Notes: generated from the letters alone by a model not told the origin. Counted from the stretch's first letter, positions 24,698 to 34,087 are shown. The stretch: 64,000 bases of DNA from an uncultured Candidatus Saccharibacteria bacterium (GCA_964447515.1 CAYUSS010000004.1:532-64531); one strand, 5' to 3'. Numbers and translations are program-made.

Positions 24698-26716
24698 ATG
24701 ATGATGAGAACAAAAATTTTCTTAATTTCTTTTATTTTAAGTTTAGCTTTCTGGTGGGGGATAAATAGTTTGGTAGAGAATTTAGAAGATTTTTTATTTT
24801 GGCAGGAAATATCTAAACAGCCGGGAATATTTACTGCCAAGGCAAGTCAACAAATTCCTAGAAACGAAGTAGAGAGATTAAGGTTTGAAAGACTACAAAC
24901 CGAATTAAAAAATTTAAAAATTGAGGCCAAAGCTGCAATTTCGGTTTTGATAAATGGTAATGGAGAGGAAAGAATTCTTTTTGGAAAAAATACTGACCAG
25001 AGATTATCAATTGCTAGTTTGACCAAATTAATGACCGCCCTTATTGTTCTGGAAAATTATGACCTTTCAAGAGAAATTACGATTTCTAAAGAAGCTATTA
25101 ACCAGCCGGGGGATTTTGGGAAATTAGAAGCAGGAAAGAATTTTCCGGTGAGATATTTACTTTATCCCTTATTAATAGAATCAAGCAATGATGCTGCTTT
25201 CTCTTTAGCCAATGATTACGAAGAGATGACAGAAGAAAAATTTGTTGAGTTGATGAATTTGGAAGCCCAAAAAATGAATCTGGAGAATACTTTTTTTGTT
25301 AATTCTACCGGTATTGACCCCAAGGAACCGGAAACCGAAATAAACAATGAGACGTTTAACGTCTCATGTGAGGGAAATTATTCAACTGCTGCTGATTTGG
25401 TTAAATTTACTAAAGAATTATTTAAAAAACCCTTAATTTGGGAAATTCTTTCTACCCCGGAATTTAATCTTTATGGACCAAAACTTATTAATACTAATGA
25501 GCTTTTAGAAGAATCTCTCGGTTGGTCGAACAGAATTATTGGAGGGAAAACCGGCGAAACCCCTCAAGCTAATGGTTGTTTTCTTTTAGTTCTTAAAACC
25601 CCTCAATCAGATTACTTAATAAATATAGTTTTGGGTTCAAACGACCGCTTTGGAGAAATGCGAAAATTATTAAATTGGCTGGAGAAAAAAGAAGAAGTAA
25701 ACCCCGTTAGAGATTCCGAGAGTAGAGAAGAAGCACAGAAAAAGGGTATCTCTAACGGGGCAAAAACTTTTGACCCGGCTTTATTGGAGTGGGAAGAGAT
25801 AACCTCTAATGCTCCCTGGTCTCCAAGAGACTCCCATGGTACTGTAGTTTTTCAAAATAAAATTTGGTTAATGGGAGGATTAAATGGAAATGGGTTTCAA
25901 GATAAAAATGGCAATGTTCCTTATTGGAGAGTACCTCATTATAGTGATGTTTGGTCTTCAAAAGACGGAAGAAATTGGCAGCTTGTTACTAAAAATGCTC
26001 CCTGGGGTAAAAAAAGGTCAATGCAAGCCATAGTTTTTAAAAATAAAATCTGGTTAATTGGGGGCTGGGGACCGGAAATTGGATATTCAAATGATATCTG
26101 GGTTACAGAAAATGGAATTGATTGGGAAAAGATAGAACCAAAAGGAGAATTACCGGCAGTGGAAGGAGACCAGTTAGTTGTTTTTGAAGACAAATTATGG
26201 TTAATTGGCGGAGTAAGATACGACGAAAGAAAGGAAAAAAATTATGTTTGGGTTTCTGAAGACGGCATTAATTGGACTGAAGCTACTGAAAGAGCGCCTT
26301 GGTCGCCGAGATGGGATCATACGGTAACCGTATTTAAAAATAAATTGTGGCTTATTGGCGGTATGAATTTAGAGGGAGAAATTTACCAGGATGTCTGGAG
26401 TTCTCAAGATGGGAAAAATTGGTTATTAGTTACCGATAATCCGCCTTGGCGGGGGAGACAAGGGCATGGCTCGGTAGTTTTTCAAAATAAAATTTGGATT
26501 ATTGGAAGACTTAATGGCAAAAGTACTGGTGGAGATAATGATGTTTGGTATTCAGAAGATGGTTATACTTGGGGAAAAACCCAAAAAAATGCTCCCTGGT
26601 TAGGCAGGGAAGATATTGGGGTTTTGGTCTTTAAAGATAAGATATGGGCATTAGGAGGAATGGATGGTAACTCGGAATGGAAAAATGATATTTGGTTTTC
26701 AATTTTCTCTCCTTAA
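24698..26716 (+). CDS. D-alanyl-D-alanine carboxypeptidase (S11) fused to a C-terminal Kelch-type beta-propeller
   Basis: SxxK SLTKLMT, SSND, and a KTG-like motif (GGKTGET). C-terminal half has about 6 repeats of W(S/G)PR..H..VVF.NK(I/L)WL(I/M)GG. The linker at 25701-25760 is a palindromic element. Confidence 0.75.
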   Translation: MMMRTKIFLISFILSLAFWWGINSLVENLEDFLFWQEISKQPGIFTAKASQQIPRNEVERLRFERLQTELKNLKIEAKAAISVLINGNGEERILFGKNTDQRLSIASLTKLMTALIVLENYDLSREITISKEAINQPGDFGKLEAGKNFPVRYLLYPLLIESSNDAAFSLANDYEEMTEEKFVELMNLEAQKMNLENTFFVNSTGIDPKEPETEINNETFNVSCEGNYSTAADLVKFTKELFKKPLIWEILSTPEFNLYGPKLINTNELLEESLGWSNRIIGGKTGETPQANGCFLLVLKTPQSDYLINIVLGSNDRFGEMRKLLNWLEKKEEVNPVRDSESREEAQKKGISNGAKTFDPALLEWEEITSNAPWSPRDSHGTVVFQNKIWLMGGLNGNGFQDKNGNVPYWRVPHYSDVWSSKDGRNWQLVTKNAPWGKKRSMQAIVFKNKIWLIGGWGPEIGYSNDIWVTENGIDWEKIEPKGELPAVEGDQLVVFEDKLWLIGGVRYDERKEKNYVWVSEDGINWTEATERAPWSPRWDHTVTVFKNKLWLIGGMNLEGEIYQDVWSSQDGKNWLLVTDNPPWRGRQGHGSVVFQNKIWIIGRLNGKSTGGDNDVWYSEDGYTWGKTQKNAPWLGREDIGVLVFKDKIWALGGMDGNSEWKNDIWFSIFSP

Positions 26717-26768
26717 TTTTTAAAATGGCAGTGTTTAAGTTGAGGATTTAAACATTATTCCTAAGGTT

Positions 26769-27866
26769 ATGCCGGAAATTACCATAAATGTTATTAAAAT
26801 TTTTTTTCTGGGAGCAGTTGCTTTTATTTTAGCTTTTTGGTTAACTCCGATTTTAACCCATTTTTTATATAAACATAAACTCTGGCGTAAAGAAGTTAGA
26901 ACTAAATCAATAGATGGAAAAGAACTTCCTTTTTTTCAAAAATTTCATGGCAAAGGAGAAACTAATATCCCAAGGTTTGGAGGACTACTTATTTGGGGGA
27001 CTACTTTGATTTTAGCTATTTCTTTCTTTTTGCTTTCAAAGACTAATATCTGGTGGTTTCAAAGATTAAATTTTTTAAGCAGGTCCCAGACCTGGCTGCC
27101 TCTTTTTGCTTTGGTTATAGCTTCTTTGGTTGGATTATTAGATGATATTTTGCAAGTTTTTGGCTCGCCCTTCCAAGTTTTTTTTCGAAAAATTTGGGAG
27201 GGTAAAGGAAAATATATTGGCGGCGGCTTAAAATTAAGATATCGCCTAATTTTGGTTGCTTTAATTGGATTAATTGGTGGCTGGTGGTTTTATTTTAAAT
27301 TGGGCTATACTGCTATTCATATTCCAGCCAACGGCGACTTTTTAATTGGGGCTTGGTACATCCCTTTCTTTGTTCTGGTAATGCTCGCAACTTATAGCGG
27401 AGGAGTGATTGACGGCTTGGACGGCTTGGCTGGAGGGGCTTTTGCTTCAATTTTCGCTGCCTTTGCTGGAATTGCTTTATTCAAAGGACAAATTGATATC
27501 GCTGCTTTTTGTGTTGTAATTGTGGGAGCGATTTTGGCTTTTTTATGGTTTAATATCCCTCCAGCCAGATTTTATATGGGAGAAACAGGAATATTGGGAC
27601 TTTGCTGCGCTTTAACCGTAATAGCTTTTTTAACTAATTCTGTTTTGGTTTTGCCGATAATTGGGTTTTTATTGGTTATTGAATCTGGTTCAGTGATTCT
27701 TCAACTTCTTTCAAGAAAGATTCGTCATAAGAAACTTTTTCTGGCCGCTCCTATCCATCATCATTTTGAAGCCAAAGGCTGGCCTCATTATAAAATCACA
27801 ATGAGGTTTTGGGTTATCGGCGTTGTGATGGCGATAATAGGCGTTGCCATAAGATTATTAGGCTAA
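26769..27866 (+). CDS. mraY: phospho-N-acetylmuramoyl-pentapeptide transferase (carries an in-frame palindromic insert)
   Basis: Polytopic, with GLLDDILQVF and NIPPARFYMGETG. Insert at 27168-27202 encodes PFQVFFRKIWEG. Confidence 0.9.
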   Translation: MPEITINVIKIFFLGAVAFILAFWLTPILTHFLYKHKLWRKEVRTKSIDGKELPFFQKFHGKGETNIPRFGGLLIWGTTLILAISFFLLSKTNIWWFQRLNFLSRSQTWLPLFALVIASLVGLLDDILQVFGSPFQVFFRKIWEGKGKYIGGGLKLRYRLILVALIGLIGGWWFYFKLGYTAIHIPANGDFLIGAWYIPFFVLVMLATYSGGVIDGLDGLAGGAFASIFAAFAGIALFKGQIDIAAFCVVIVGAILAFLWFNIPPARFYMGETGILGLCCALTVIAFLTNSVLVLPIIGFLLVIESGSVILQLLSRKIRHKKLFLAAPIHHHFEAKGWPHYKITMRFWVIGVVMAIIGVAIRLLG

Positions 27867-27874
27867 TAATAATT

Positions 27875-27948
27875 ATGTTCAACACCCGACGTTGAACACC
27901 CGACCTTAAACACTTAAAAACGGCTCACTGCGTAGCGAGCCGTTTTGT
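27875..27948 (+). repeat. GTTCAAsACCCGACsTTGAACACCCGACCTTAAACA repeat plus terminator hairpin module (after mraY)
   Basis: ATGTTCAACACCCGACGTTGAACACCCGACCTTAAACA, then AAAAACGGCTCACT-GCGT-AGCGAGCCGTTTTG. The same module lies at 31912-31982. Confidence 0.75.
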
Positions 27949-28011
27949 TTTGACCAAAAAGAGAAAATAAAGTAAAATTAAAGCAATGATAGGGATTTTT
28001 GATTAAACTCT

Positions 28012-29373
28012 ATGAAATTGTTCAAAGATAAAAAAGTAACCGTAATGGGACTGGGATTGCACGGCGGTGGAGCAGGAGTGGCTAAATTTTTCTCTAAGCA
28101 AGGGGCAAAAGTTTTAGTAACCGACCTTAAGACAAAAAAGCAATTAAGAGAATCTCTCCAGAAACTCAAAGACCTGCCTATAAAATTTGTCTTAGGCGGG
28201 CACCGAGAAGAGGATTTCATCAATACCGATTTAATTATTAAAAATCCGGCTGTTCCCAGCAACTCCCCTTATCTTAAAATTGCCAGAAAGCATGATATTC
28301 TTATAAAAACTGATGTCAGTATATTTTTTGACCTATGCCCAGCCCCAATTATCGGAGTTACCGGCACTAAAGGAAAATCAACTGTTGCCTTTCTTATCTA
28401 TCTTTTTTTAACAAGCAAATATCCAGATACAATTCTGGCCGGAAACATTGGCCTATCCCCCTTAGAAGTTTTTTCTAAAATTCAAAAATTTGGCAGCAGG
28501 GGCAAAGTGGTTTTAGAACTTTCCAGTTTTGAACTTGAAGATTTAAAAAAGAGTCCAAAAGTAGCTGTAATTACTACTATTTTTCCAGACCATTTAGACA
28601 GGTATAAGAATTTTAAAGATTATATCAGAGCAAAAAAATCAATTTTCAAATATCAGAACGAAAATGATATTTTGGTTTTAAATTATGGTAATCCTGAAGC
28701 ACGAAAGCTTGCCTCAGAGACTCGCTCCAAAGTTTATTTCTTTACCCCGTTAAATAGTTGCAAAGCAAATTTAACGGGGTTTAAGGATTCCAATGTTTCA
28801 GCTGCTCTTGCTGTTGCTAAAATTTTCAAAATTCCTAAAAAAAATATTGGAAAGGTTCTTTCTAATTTCAAAGGCCTTCCTCATAGGCAAGAACTAATTG
28901 CTACCAAGAAAGGAAAGAAATATATTAACGATGCCACCGCTACCACCCCTCAATCAGTGATATTAGCAATAAATACATTTAAAAAGAGGTTTCCTGGTTC
29001 TAAAATTATTCTTATTGCTGGCGGTTTGGATAAAAATTTAAAGTATAAAGGTCTAGCCGAAGAGATTCAAAAAAAAATAGATTGTCTTATTCTTTTGCCA
29101 GGTACTGCTTCTGATAAAATTAGAAAAGAGTTAAAGAGTTTTACCCCGTTAGAGATTACGGGAAAGGAAAGAAAACACAGATTACACAAATCTCTAACGG
29201 GGTTTAAAATATATCCTGTTAATTCAATGAATCAAGCAGTAAAAAAGGGTTCAAATTTAGCTAAAAAAGGTGACCTTGTTTTGCTTTCTCCTGGAGCCGC
29301 GAGTTTCAACTTATTTAAAAATGAATTTGATAGGGGAGAGCAATTTCTCAAAGCAGTAAAAAAACTCAAATAG
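28012..29373 (+). CDS. murD: UDP-N-acetylmuramoylalanine--D-glutamate ligase (two in-frame palindromic inserts)
   Basis: VMGLGLHGGG, GVTGTKGKST, GLPHRQE, NDATATTP. Inserts at 28744-28780 and 29153-29213. Confidence 0.9.
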   Translation: MKLFKDKKVTVMGLGLHGGGAGVAKFFSKQGAKVLVTDLKTKKQLRESLQKLKDLPIKFVLGGHREEDFINTDLIIKNPAVPSNSPYLKIARKHDILIKTDVSIFFDLCPAPIIGVTGTKGKSTVAFLIYLFLTSKYPDTILAGNIGLSPLEVFSKIQKFGSRGKVVLELSSFELEDLKKSPKVAVITTIFPDHLDRYKNFKDYIRAKKSIFKYQNENDILVLNYGNPEARKLASETRSKVYFFTPLNSCKANLTGFKDSNVSAALAVAKIFKIPKKNIGKVLSNFKGLPHRQELIATKKGKKYINDATATTPQSVILAINTFKKRFPGSKIILIAGGLDKNLKYKGLAEEIQKKIDCLILLPGTASDKIRKELKSFTPLEITGKERKHRLHKSLTGFKIYPVNSMNQAVKKGSNLAKKGDLVLLSPGAASFNLFKNEFDRGEQFLKAVKKLK

Positions 29374-29412
29374 CAATAATACGAGAACCGTTCTCGTACT
29401 ATTATTTAAAAA

Positions 29413-30528
29413 ATGAGAGATAAAAAAATTTGTCATTTCGATTATAGTTTAGCCATTGTAGTAGCCGTCTTGCTAATTTTGGGGATTTTAGTTTTGGCTA
29501 ACGTTTCGGCAGTTTTTTCTCAAGAAAAATTTGGAAAAACAACTTATTATCTTTCACATCAAATAATTTATGGATTATTTCTTGGAATTCTTTTAGGTTT
29601 TATTGCATTCAAAATTCCCTTATCCCGGTTTAAAAAGTGGGCCTGGCCCTTGGTTTTATTAAATTTAATCTTAATGCTCTTGGTCTTTATTCCAGGAATA
29701 GGCATTGTTTCGGGTGGAGCGCCGCGTTGGTTAAATTTGGGGTTTGTTTCCTTTCAACCGTCTGAGTTTTTAAAACTTGGTTTTATTCTTTATCTCTCTG
29801 CCTGGTTAACTAGTTGGACAAAAAAAAATTCCCACAAAAAAACTGGTGGGGTGTTTACCCTGATTCCTTTCCTTATAATAGCAGGGGTTATTATCTTTCT
29901 TTTAAGCTGCCAATCAGATATTAGCACTTTAGGGGTAATTATTTGTGTTGCTTTATTAATGTATTTTTCAGCAACTACCCCTTTATGGCATATTATTTTA
30001 ATGGCTTCAATTTTTAGCGGAGTGATGTTGGCTTTAATAACAGTTGCTTCTTATAGAATGGAGAGAATTTTAGTTTTTTTAGGGATGAAAAGCGACCCAA
30101 TAGGAATAGGTTATCAAATAGAGCAGGCTCTGATTACAGTAGGTTCAGGAGGAATTTTTGGATTGGGACTGGGCGCGTCTAAGCAAATTGATTTTCTCCC
30201 CCAGACAATGTCAGATTCAATTTTTGCTATCTATGCAGAAGAAACAGGGTTTATTGGTTCTCTGGTTTTAATTTTTCTTTTTTTATTTTTCCTTTGGAGA
30301 GCATTTAAAATTGTCAAAAAGAGCTCTGATAAATTTTCTCAGATTCTGGCAATTGGAATAAGTTCCTGGATTTGTATCCAGGCCTTTGTTAGTATCGGCG
30401 CTATGATTGGCATTTTGCCCCTAACCGGCATCCCTTTGCCTTTTATTAGTTATGGAGGTTCACATCTAATTGTTGAGCTTATTGGAGTGGGAATACTGCT
30501 TAATGTTGCCCGACAGGGTTCGAACTAG
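29413..30528 (+). CDS. ftsW: SEDS-family peptidoglycan polymerase FtsW/RodA
   Basis: 10-TM pattern, with QPSEFLKL and PLPFISYGGSH. The last codons and stop (CAGGGTTCGAACTAG) resemble the junction repeat. Confidence 0.88.
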   Translation: MRDKKICHFDYSLAIVVAVLLILGILVLANVSAVFSQEKFGKTTYYLSHQIIYGLFLGILLGFIAFKIPLSRFKKWAWPLVLLNLILMLLVFIPGIGIVSGGAPRWLNLGFVSFQPSEFLKLGFILYLSAWLTSWTKKNSHKKTGGVFTLIPFLIIAGVIIFLLSCQSDISTLGVIICVALLMYFSATTPLWHIILMASIFSGVMLALITVASYRMERILVFLGMKSDPIGIGYQIEQALITVGSGGIFGLGLGASKQIDFLPQTMSDSIFAIYAEETGFIGSLVLIFLFLFFLWRAFKIVKKSSDKFSQILAIGISSWICIQAFVSIGAMIGILPLTGIPLPFISYGGSHLIVELIGVGILLNVARQGSN

Positions 30529-30654
30529 CATCAATTTAGCGGAGCCAATTTGAGTTACCTTCTGCGTTACTCGTCGCTCGTGTGTAGATACTTACAAAGG
30601 CAAGCAAAAGATGATAGAATATGAAAAAGCAAAGCAAAATCTTTTCGGCGTTTT

Positions 30655-30749
30655 TTCAGCGTATAGTTCAGCGCAAATTCAGCGATAAAAGGTTGGTAAC
30701 GCTGAACAAACGCTGATATCTACGCTGAACTACGCTGAACTACGCTGAA
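30655..30749. repeat. phased heptamer array: 3x TTCAGCG then 5x CGCTGA(A/T), ending 22 nt before murG
   Basis: TTCAGCG at 30655, 30667 and 30678. CGCTGAA/T at 30700, 30711, 30723, 30733 and 30743. Spacing is 10-12 bp, and the last three form a perfect 10-bp tandem CTACGCTGAA. Confidence 0.8.
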
Positions 30750-30770
30750 TTATCTAACACCCTATACGGT

Positions 30771-31889
30771 ATGAAGATTCTTTTCACCGGTGGTGGAACT
30801 GCCGGACATATTTTTCCCATAATTGCTATTGCCAGAGAGATTAAAAGAAATTATCCTCAGGGAAAATTTCGATTTTTTTACCTTGGCCCAAAAGATAAAT
30901 TTTTTGGGAACCTTCTTTCTAAAGAAGGGATTGAAGTAAAAACAATTTTAGCTGGGAAAATTAGAAGATATTTTTCTTTGCGTAATATTGTTGATATTCT
31001 ATTTAAATTTCCAATAGGAATCGTTCAGGCATTTTCTCATGTTTTTGTAATTTCTCCTGACCTTATTTTCAGCAAAGGAGGGTATGGTTCGGTGTCCACG
31101 GTTATGGCTGGCTGGTTACTTCTTACGCCAATTTTTTTACACGAATCAGATACTGCTCCTGGATTGGCAAATAAAATAGCCGCTAAGCTTGCTTTAGAAA
31201 TTTTTATCTCGTTTCCCATAAAAGATACTGAATATTTTCCAGCTAAAAAAATGATTTCAATTGGCAACCCTATCAGGAGAGAAATTTTAGAAGGTTCTAA
31301 GGAAGAAGCTAAAAAAATATTTAAATTGACAGGAGAAAAACCAGTAATTTTTATTTTAGGCGGCTCTCAAGGAGCTCAGAGAATAAATGATAGAATATTG
31401 GTGATTTTGTCAGAGCTTTTGGAGAGTTTTGAGGTAATTCATCAAACCGGTAGAAATAATTTTGAGCAAGTAAAAGCCGAGGCAGAGGTGGTAATGAAAA
31501 AGAATTTAAAAAAATATTATCATCCCTTAGCTTTTTTAAACGAAGAAGAGCTATCTTATGCTTATCAAGCAACTGATTTCATTATTAGCAGAGCCGGAGC
31601 AGGAACTATTTTTGAAATTGCAGCTTTAGGGAAACCAAGCATTTTAGTGCCTTTGCCTAAGGCGGCCCAGAATCATCAAGTAAAAAATGCTTATGTTTTT
31701 GCAAAAAATGGCGGCGCTATAGTAATAGAGGAAAAGAATTTCACTCCCCACTTTGTTTTAGAAAAATTGAAATATTTATCTTCCCAACCTAAAAAATTAA
31801 AAGAAATGGCAGAAGGAACTAAAGACTTTTCCAAACCGGACGCAGCCAGAATAATCGGAGAATATATTACCAGTTATTTAATTCAGTAG
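30771..31889 (+). CDS. murG: undecaprenyldiphospho-muramoylpentapeptide beta-N-acetylglucosaminyltransferase
   Basis: GGGTAGHIFP, and ISRAGAGTIFE...QNHQ.KNA. Confidence 0.9.
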   Translation: MKILFTGGGTAGHIFPIIAIAREIKRNYPQGKFRFFYLGPKDKFFGNLLSKEGIEVKTILAGKIRRYFSLRNIVDILFKFPIGIVQAFSHVFVISPDLIFSKGGYGSVSTVMAGWLLLTPIFLHESDTAPGLANKIAAKLALEIFISFPIKDTEYFPAKKMISIGNPIRREILEGSKEEAKKIFKLTGEKPVIFILGGSQGAQRINDRILVILSELLESFEVIHQTGRNNFEQVKAEAEVVMKKNLKKYYHPLAFLNEEELSYAYQATDFIISRAGAGTIFEIAALGKPSILVPLPKAAQNHQVKNAYVFAKNGGAIVIEEKNFTPHFVLEKLKYLSSQPKKLKEMAEGTKDFSKPDAARIIGEYITSYLIQ

Positions 31890-31911
31890 CAGATAATGTT
31901 CTGTCCTCAAA

Positions 31912-32014
31912 ATGTTCAAGACCCGACCTTGAACACCCGACCTTAAACAGTAAAAACGGCTCGCTCTCGTGAGCCGTTTTGCCTGTCCCGCACCGAGCGA
32001 AGCTCGGTGCGGGG
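31912..32014 (+). repeat. GTTCAAsACCCGAC repeat plus two terminator-like hairpins (after murG)
   Basis: ATGTTCAAGACCCGACCTTGAACACCCGACCTTAAACA, then AAAAACGGCTCGCT-CTCG-TGAGCCGTTTTG, then CCCGCACCGAGC-GAA-GCTCGGTGCGGG. Confidence 0.75.
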
Positions 32015-32051
32015 TTTTGACTGGAAATATAGAATAGGTTAAAATGAACTA

Positions 32052-33512
32052 ATGGCTACAATAGATGAAATTAGGAAAAATCGGCTCAAGAAACTTAAAG
32101 CAATTGAAAATGCTGGTCTTTTAGCTTATCCCAGTCAGATGAAGAGGACTCATACTTGTAGAGAGGCGTTAGAAAATTTTGCTAAATTCTCCCGGGGAAA
32201 AAAGGAGATAGTTTTAGATGGTCGGATAAGGTCTTTGAGGCAGCACGGCGGTCTTGTTTTTGCCCATATTAAAGATGGTTCAGACAGAATTCAGGTTTCC
32301 TTAAAAAGAGATAAATTAGGAGAAAAGAGTTTTCAATTTTTCTTGGATAATTTTGACATCGGAGATTTTGTTGAAATTAGAGGAGTTTTATTCAAAACGA
32401 GGAGAGGAGAAAAAACAATTGAAGCGGCTGATTATAAAATTTTGGCTAAATCTCTTTTACCATTGCCGGAAAAATGGCACGGTCTAAAAGATGTTGAAGA
32501 AAGATATCGGAAAAGATATTTGGATTTGATTTTTAATCCTGAAGTTAAAAAGAAATTTGAACTTCGTTCAGAAATTATTAAACAAATAAGAGAATTTTTA
32601 GAAGAAGAAGGATTTTTAGAAGTGGAAACTCCAATTTTACAGCCCCTTTATGGAGGAGCCAAAGCAAGACCATTTAAAACCTATTTAAATGCCCTGGATA
32701 TTGATTTATACCTGAGAATTTCTCCTGAACTTTATTTAAAACGGCTTTTGATTGGCGGTTTTGAAAAGGTTTTTGAGATTGGGAAATGTTTTAGAAATGA
32801 AGGAATGGATAGAGCCCATAATCCGGATTTTACAAGTTTGGAATTTTACTGGGCCTATGCAGATTATAAAGATTTAATGAAACTTACGGAAAAACTTTTT
32901 TCATCTTTGGTTAAAAATATCTTTGGAAATTTTAAGATAAAATATGAAGGTAGGGAGATAAACTTTAAACCTCCCTGGCCAAGAATTGAATTTACTCAAC
33001 TTTTGAAAAAATATACAAAAATCAATTTAGATGAAATTCATATTCAAGCCCTAAAAAAGGAAGCAAAAAAATTAGGGATTGAATCAAAAGGAGGGAAAGC
33101 TGAAATGGCAGATGAGATTTACAAGAAATTATGCCGTCCAAAAATCTGGCAGCCAACTTTTATAATCCATCATCCTTTAGGAGCTTTTCCTTTAGCAAAA
33201 CAGCTTGAAAAAAATCCAGAGAAGACAGCAAATTTTCAATTAGTAATAGCTGGTTTTGAATTAATTAATGCTTTTTCTGAGCTTAATGACCCCATAGAGC
33301 AAAAGAAAAGATTTCAAGAACAGGAGAAAATATTTAAAGAGGGGTTTGAAGAGGCCCAGAGAATGGATAAAGATTTTATTGAGGCCTTAGAATACGGTAT
33401 GCCGCCGGCCGCCGGTTTCGGAATGGGAATTGATAGATTAGTGACTCTTTTAACCGATTCCCATAGCTTGAGGGAAGTAATTTTGTTTCCAATAATGCGA
33501 CCAAAGTCATAA
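32052..33512 (+). CDS. lysS: lysine--tRNA ligase, class II
   Basis: OB fold followed by the class II core (FRNEG, ..ELNDP.., GMGIDRL). Confidence 0.9.
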   Translation: MATIDEIRKNRLKKLKAIENAGLLAYPSQMKRTHTCREALENFAKFSRGKKEIVLDGRIRSLRQHGGLVFAHIKDGSDRIQVSLKRDKLGEKSFQFFLDNFDIGDFVEIRGVLFKTRRGEKTIEAADYKILAKSLLPLPEKWHGLKDVEERYRKRYLDLIFNPEVKKKFELRSEIIKQIREFLEEEGFLEVETPILQPLYGGAKARPFKTYLNALDIDLYLRISPELYLKRLLIGGFEKVFEIGKCFRNEGMDRAHNPDFTSLEFYWAYADYKDLMKLTEKLFSSLVKNIFGNFKIKYEGREINFKPPWPRIEFTQLLKKYTKINLDEIHIQALKKEAKKLGIESKGGKAEMADEIYKKLCRPKIWQPTFIIHHPLGAFPLAKQLEKNPEKTANFQLVIAGFELINAFSELNDPIEQKKRFQEQEKIFKEGFEEAQRMDKDFIEALEYGMPPAAGFGMGIDRLVTLLTDSHSLREVILFPIMRPKS

Positions 33513-33682
33513 GACATAACACCCGATGTTGAGGAATTGGCGGTGAAGCCGCCAAGGCAAACATCGGGTGTTGTACGGAGAACTGTTCTCCAAATATTGA
33601 TTTTTGTTTGACATTTGTTAAAAAATAAGTTATAACAAAAGAAGAAAACAAAGAATTTTGACAATAGAATAAGGAGTGAAAA

Positions 33683-33979
33683 ATGGGAGCAATTGAGGTT
33701 GTAGATGTTTTCAGGAAAGGGAAGGTGGCTTTATCAGTAGAGCTAAGTTCTGGAGGCATTGTTTTGAGGTTCTTGAAAAAAAATGGGGAATTGAAAGTAG
33801 TTTCAAGAATCCAAGATAAAACTGTGCTTGACAAAATTCCCTGGGTCTCTGATTCAGATTATAAGGAGATGTGTAGAATAGCAGGGGACATCTTAGATGG
33901 TGTTTCCAGAGAAAACTTGAGGCAGCCAGAGTTTTCTTTATCTAGACGGGAGCAAAAGCAGCTCAAACTTCCTTTCTAA
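33683..33979 (+). CDS. hypothetical 98-aa protein
   Basis: Clean ORF with a strong SD (AAGGAG 7 nt upstream) and a TTGACA-type promoter upstream. No recognisable motif. Confidence 0.5.
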   Translation: MGAIEVVDVFRKGKVALSVELSSGGIVLRFLKKNGELKVVSRIQDKTVLDKIPWVSDSDYKEMCRIAGDILDGVSRENLRQPEFSLSRREQKQLKLPF

Positions 33980-34034
33980 TAACAGGCACTTGAAAGGGCC
34001 CAGCCACTTTTTCAAAAGTCCCAACAGGGTCCCG

Positions 34035-34063
34035 GGCGCAACTCCTCGGTTGCGCCTTTTTTT
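34035..34063 (+). terminator. intrinsic terminator directly abutting the serS -10 box
   Basis: GGCGCAAC-TCCTCG-GTTGCGCC and a T-run, then TACTATAAT 9 nt before ATG 34088. Confidence 0.65.
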
Positions 34064-34087
34064 GTTTTTTACTATAATGAAAGCAGT

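Noticed and set aside
33314-33834. Antisense ORFs 33314..33664 and 33376..33834. Similar antisense ORFs occur in dnaK (46590..46992), dnaJ (47315.., 47687..), the ABC permease (4985..5308) and elsewhere.
   Set aside because: They lie opposite well-supported genes or span terminator/promoter regions, and they have low-complexity composition and no motifs.
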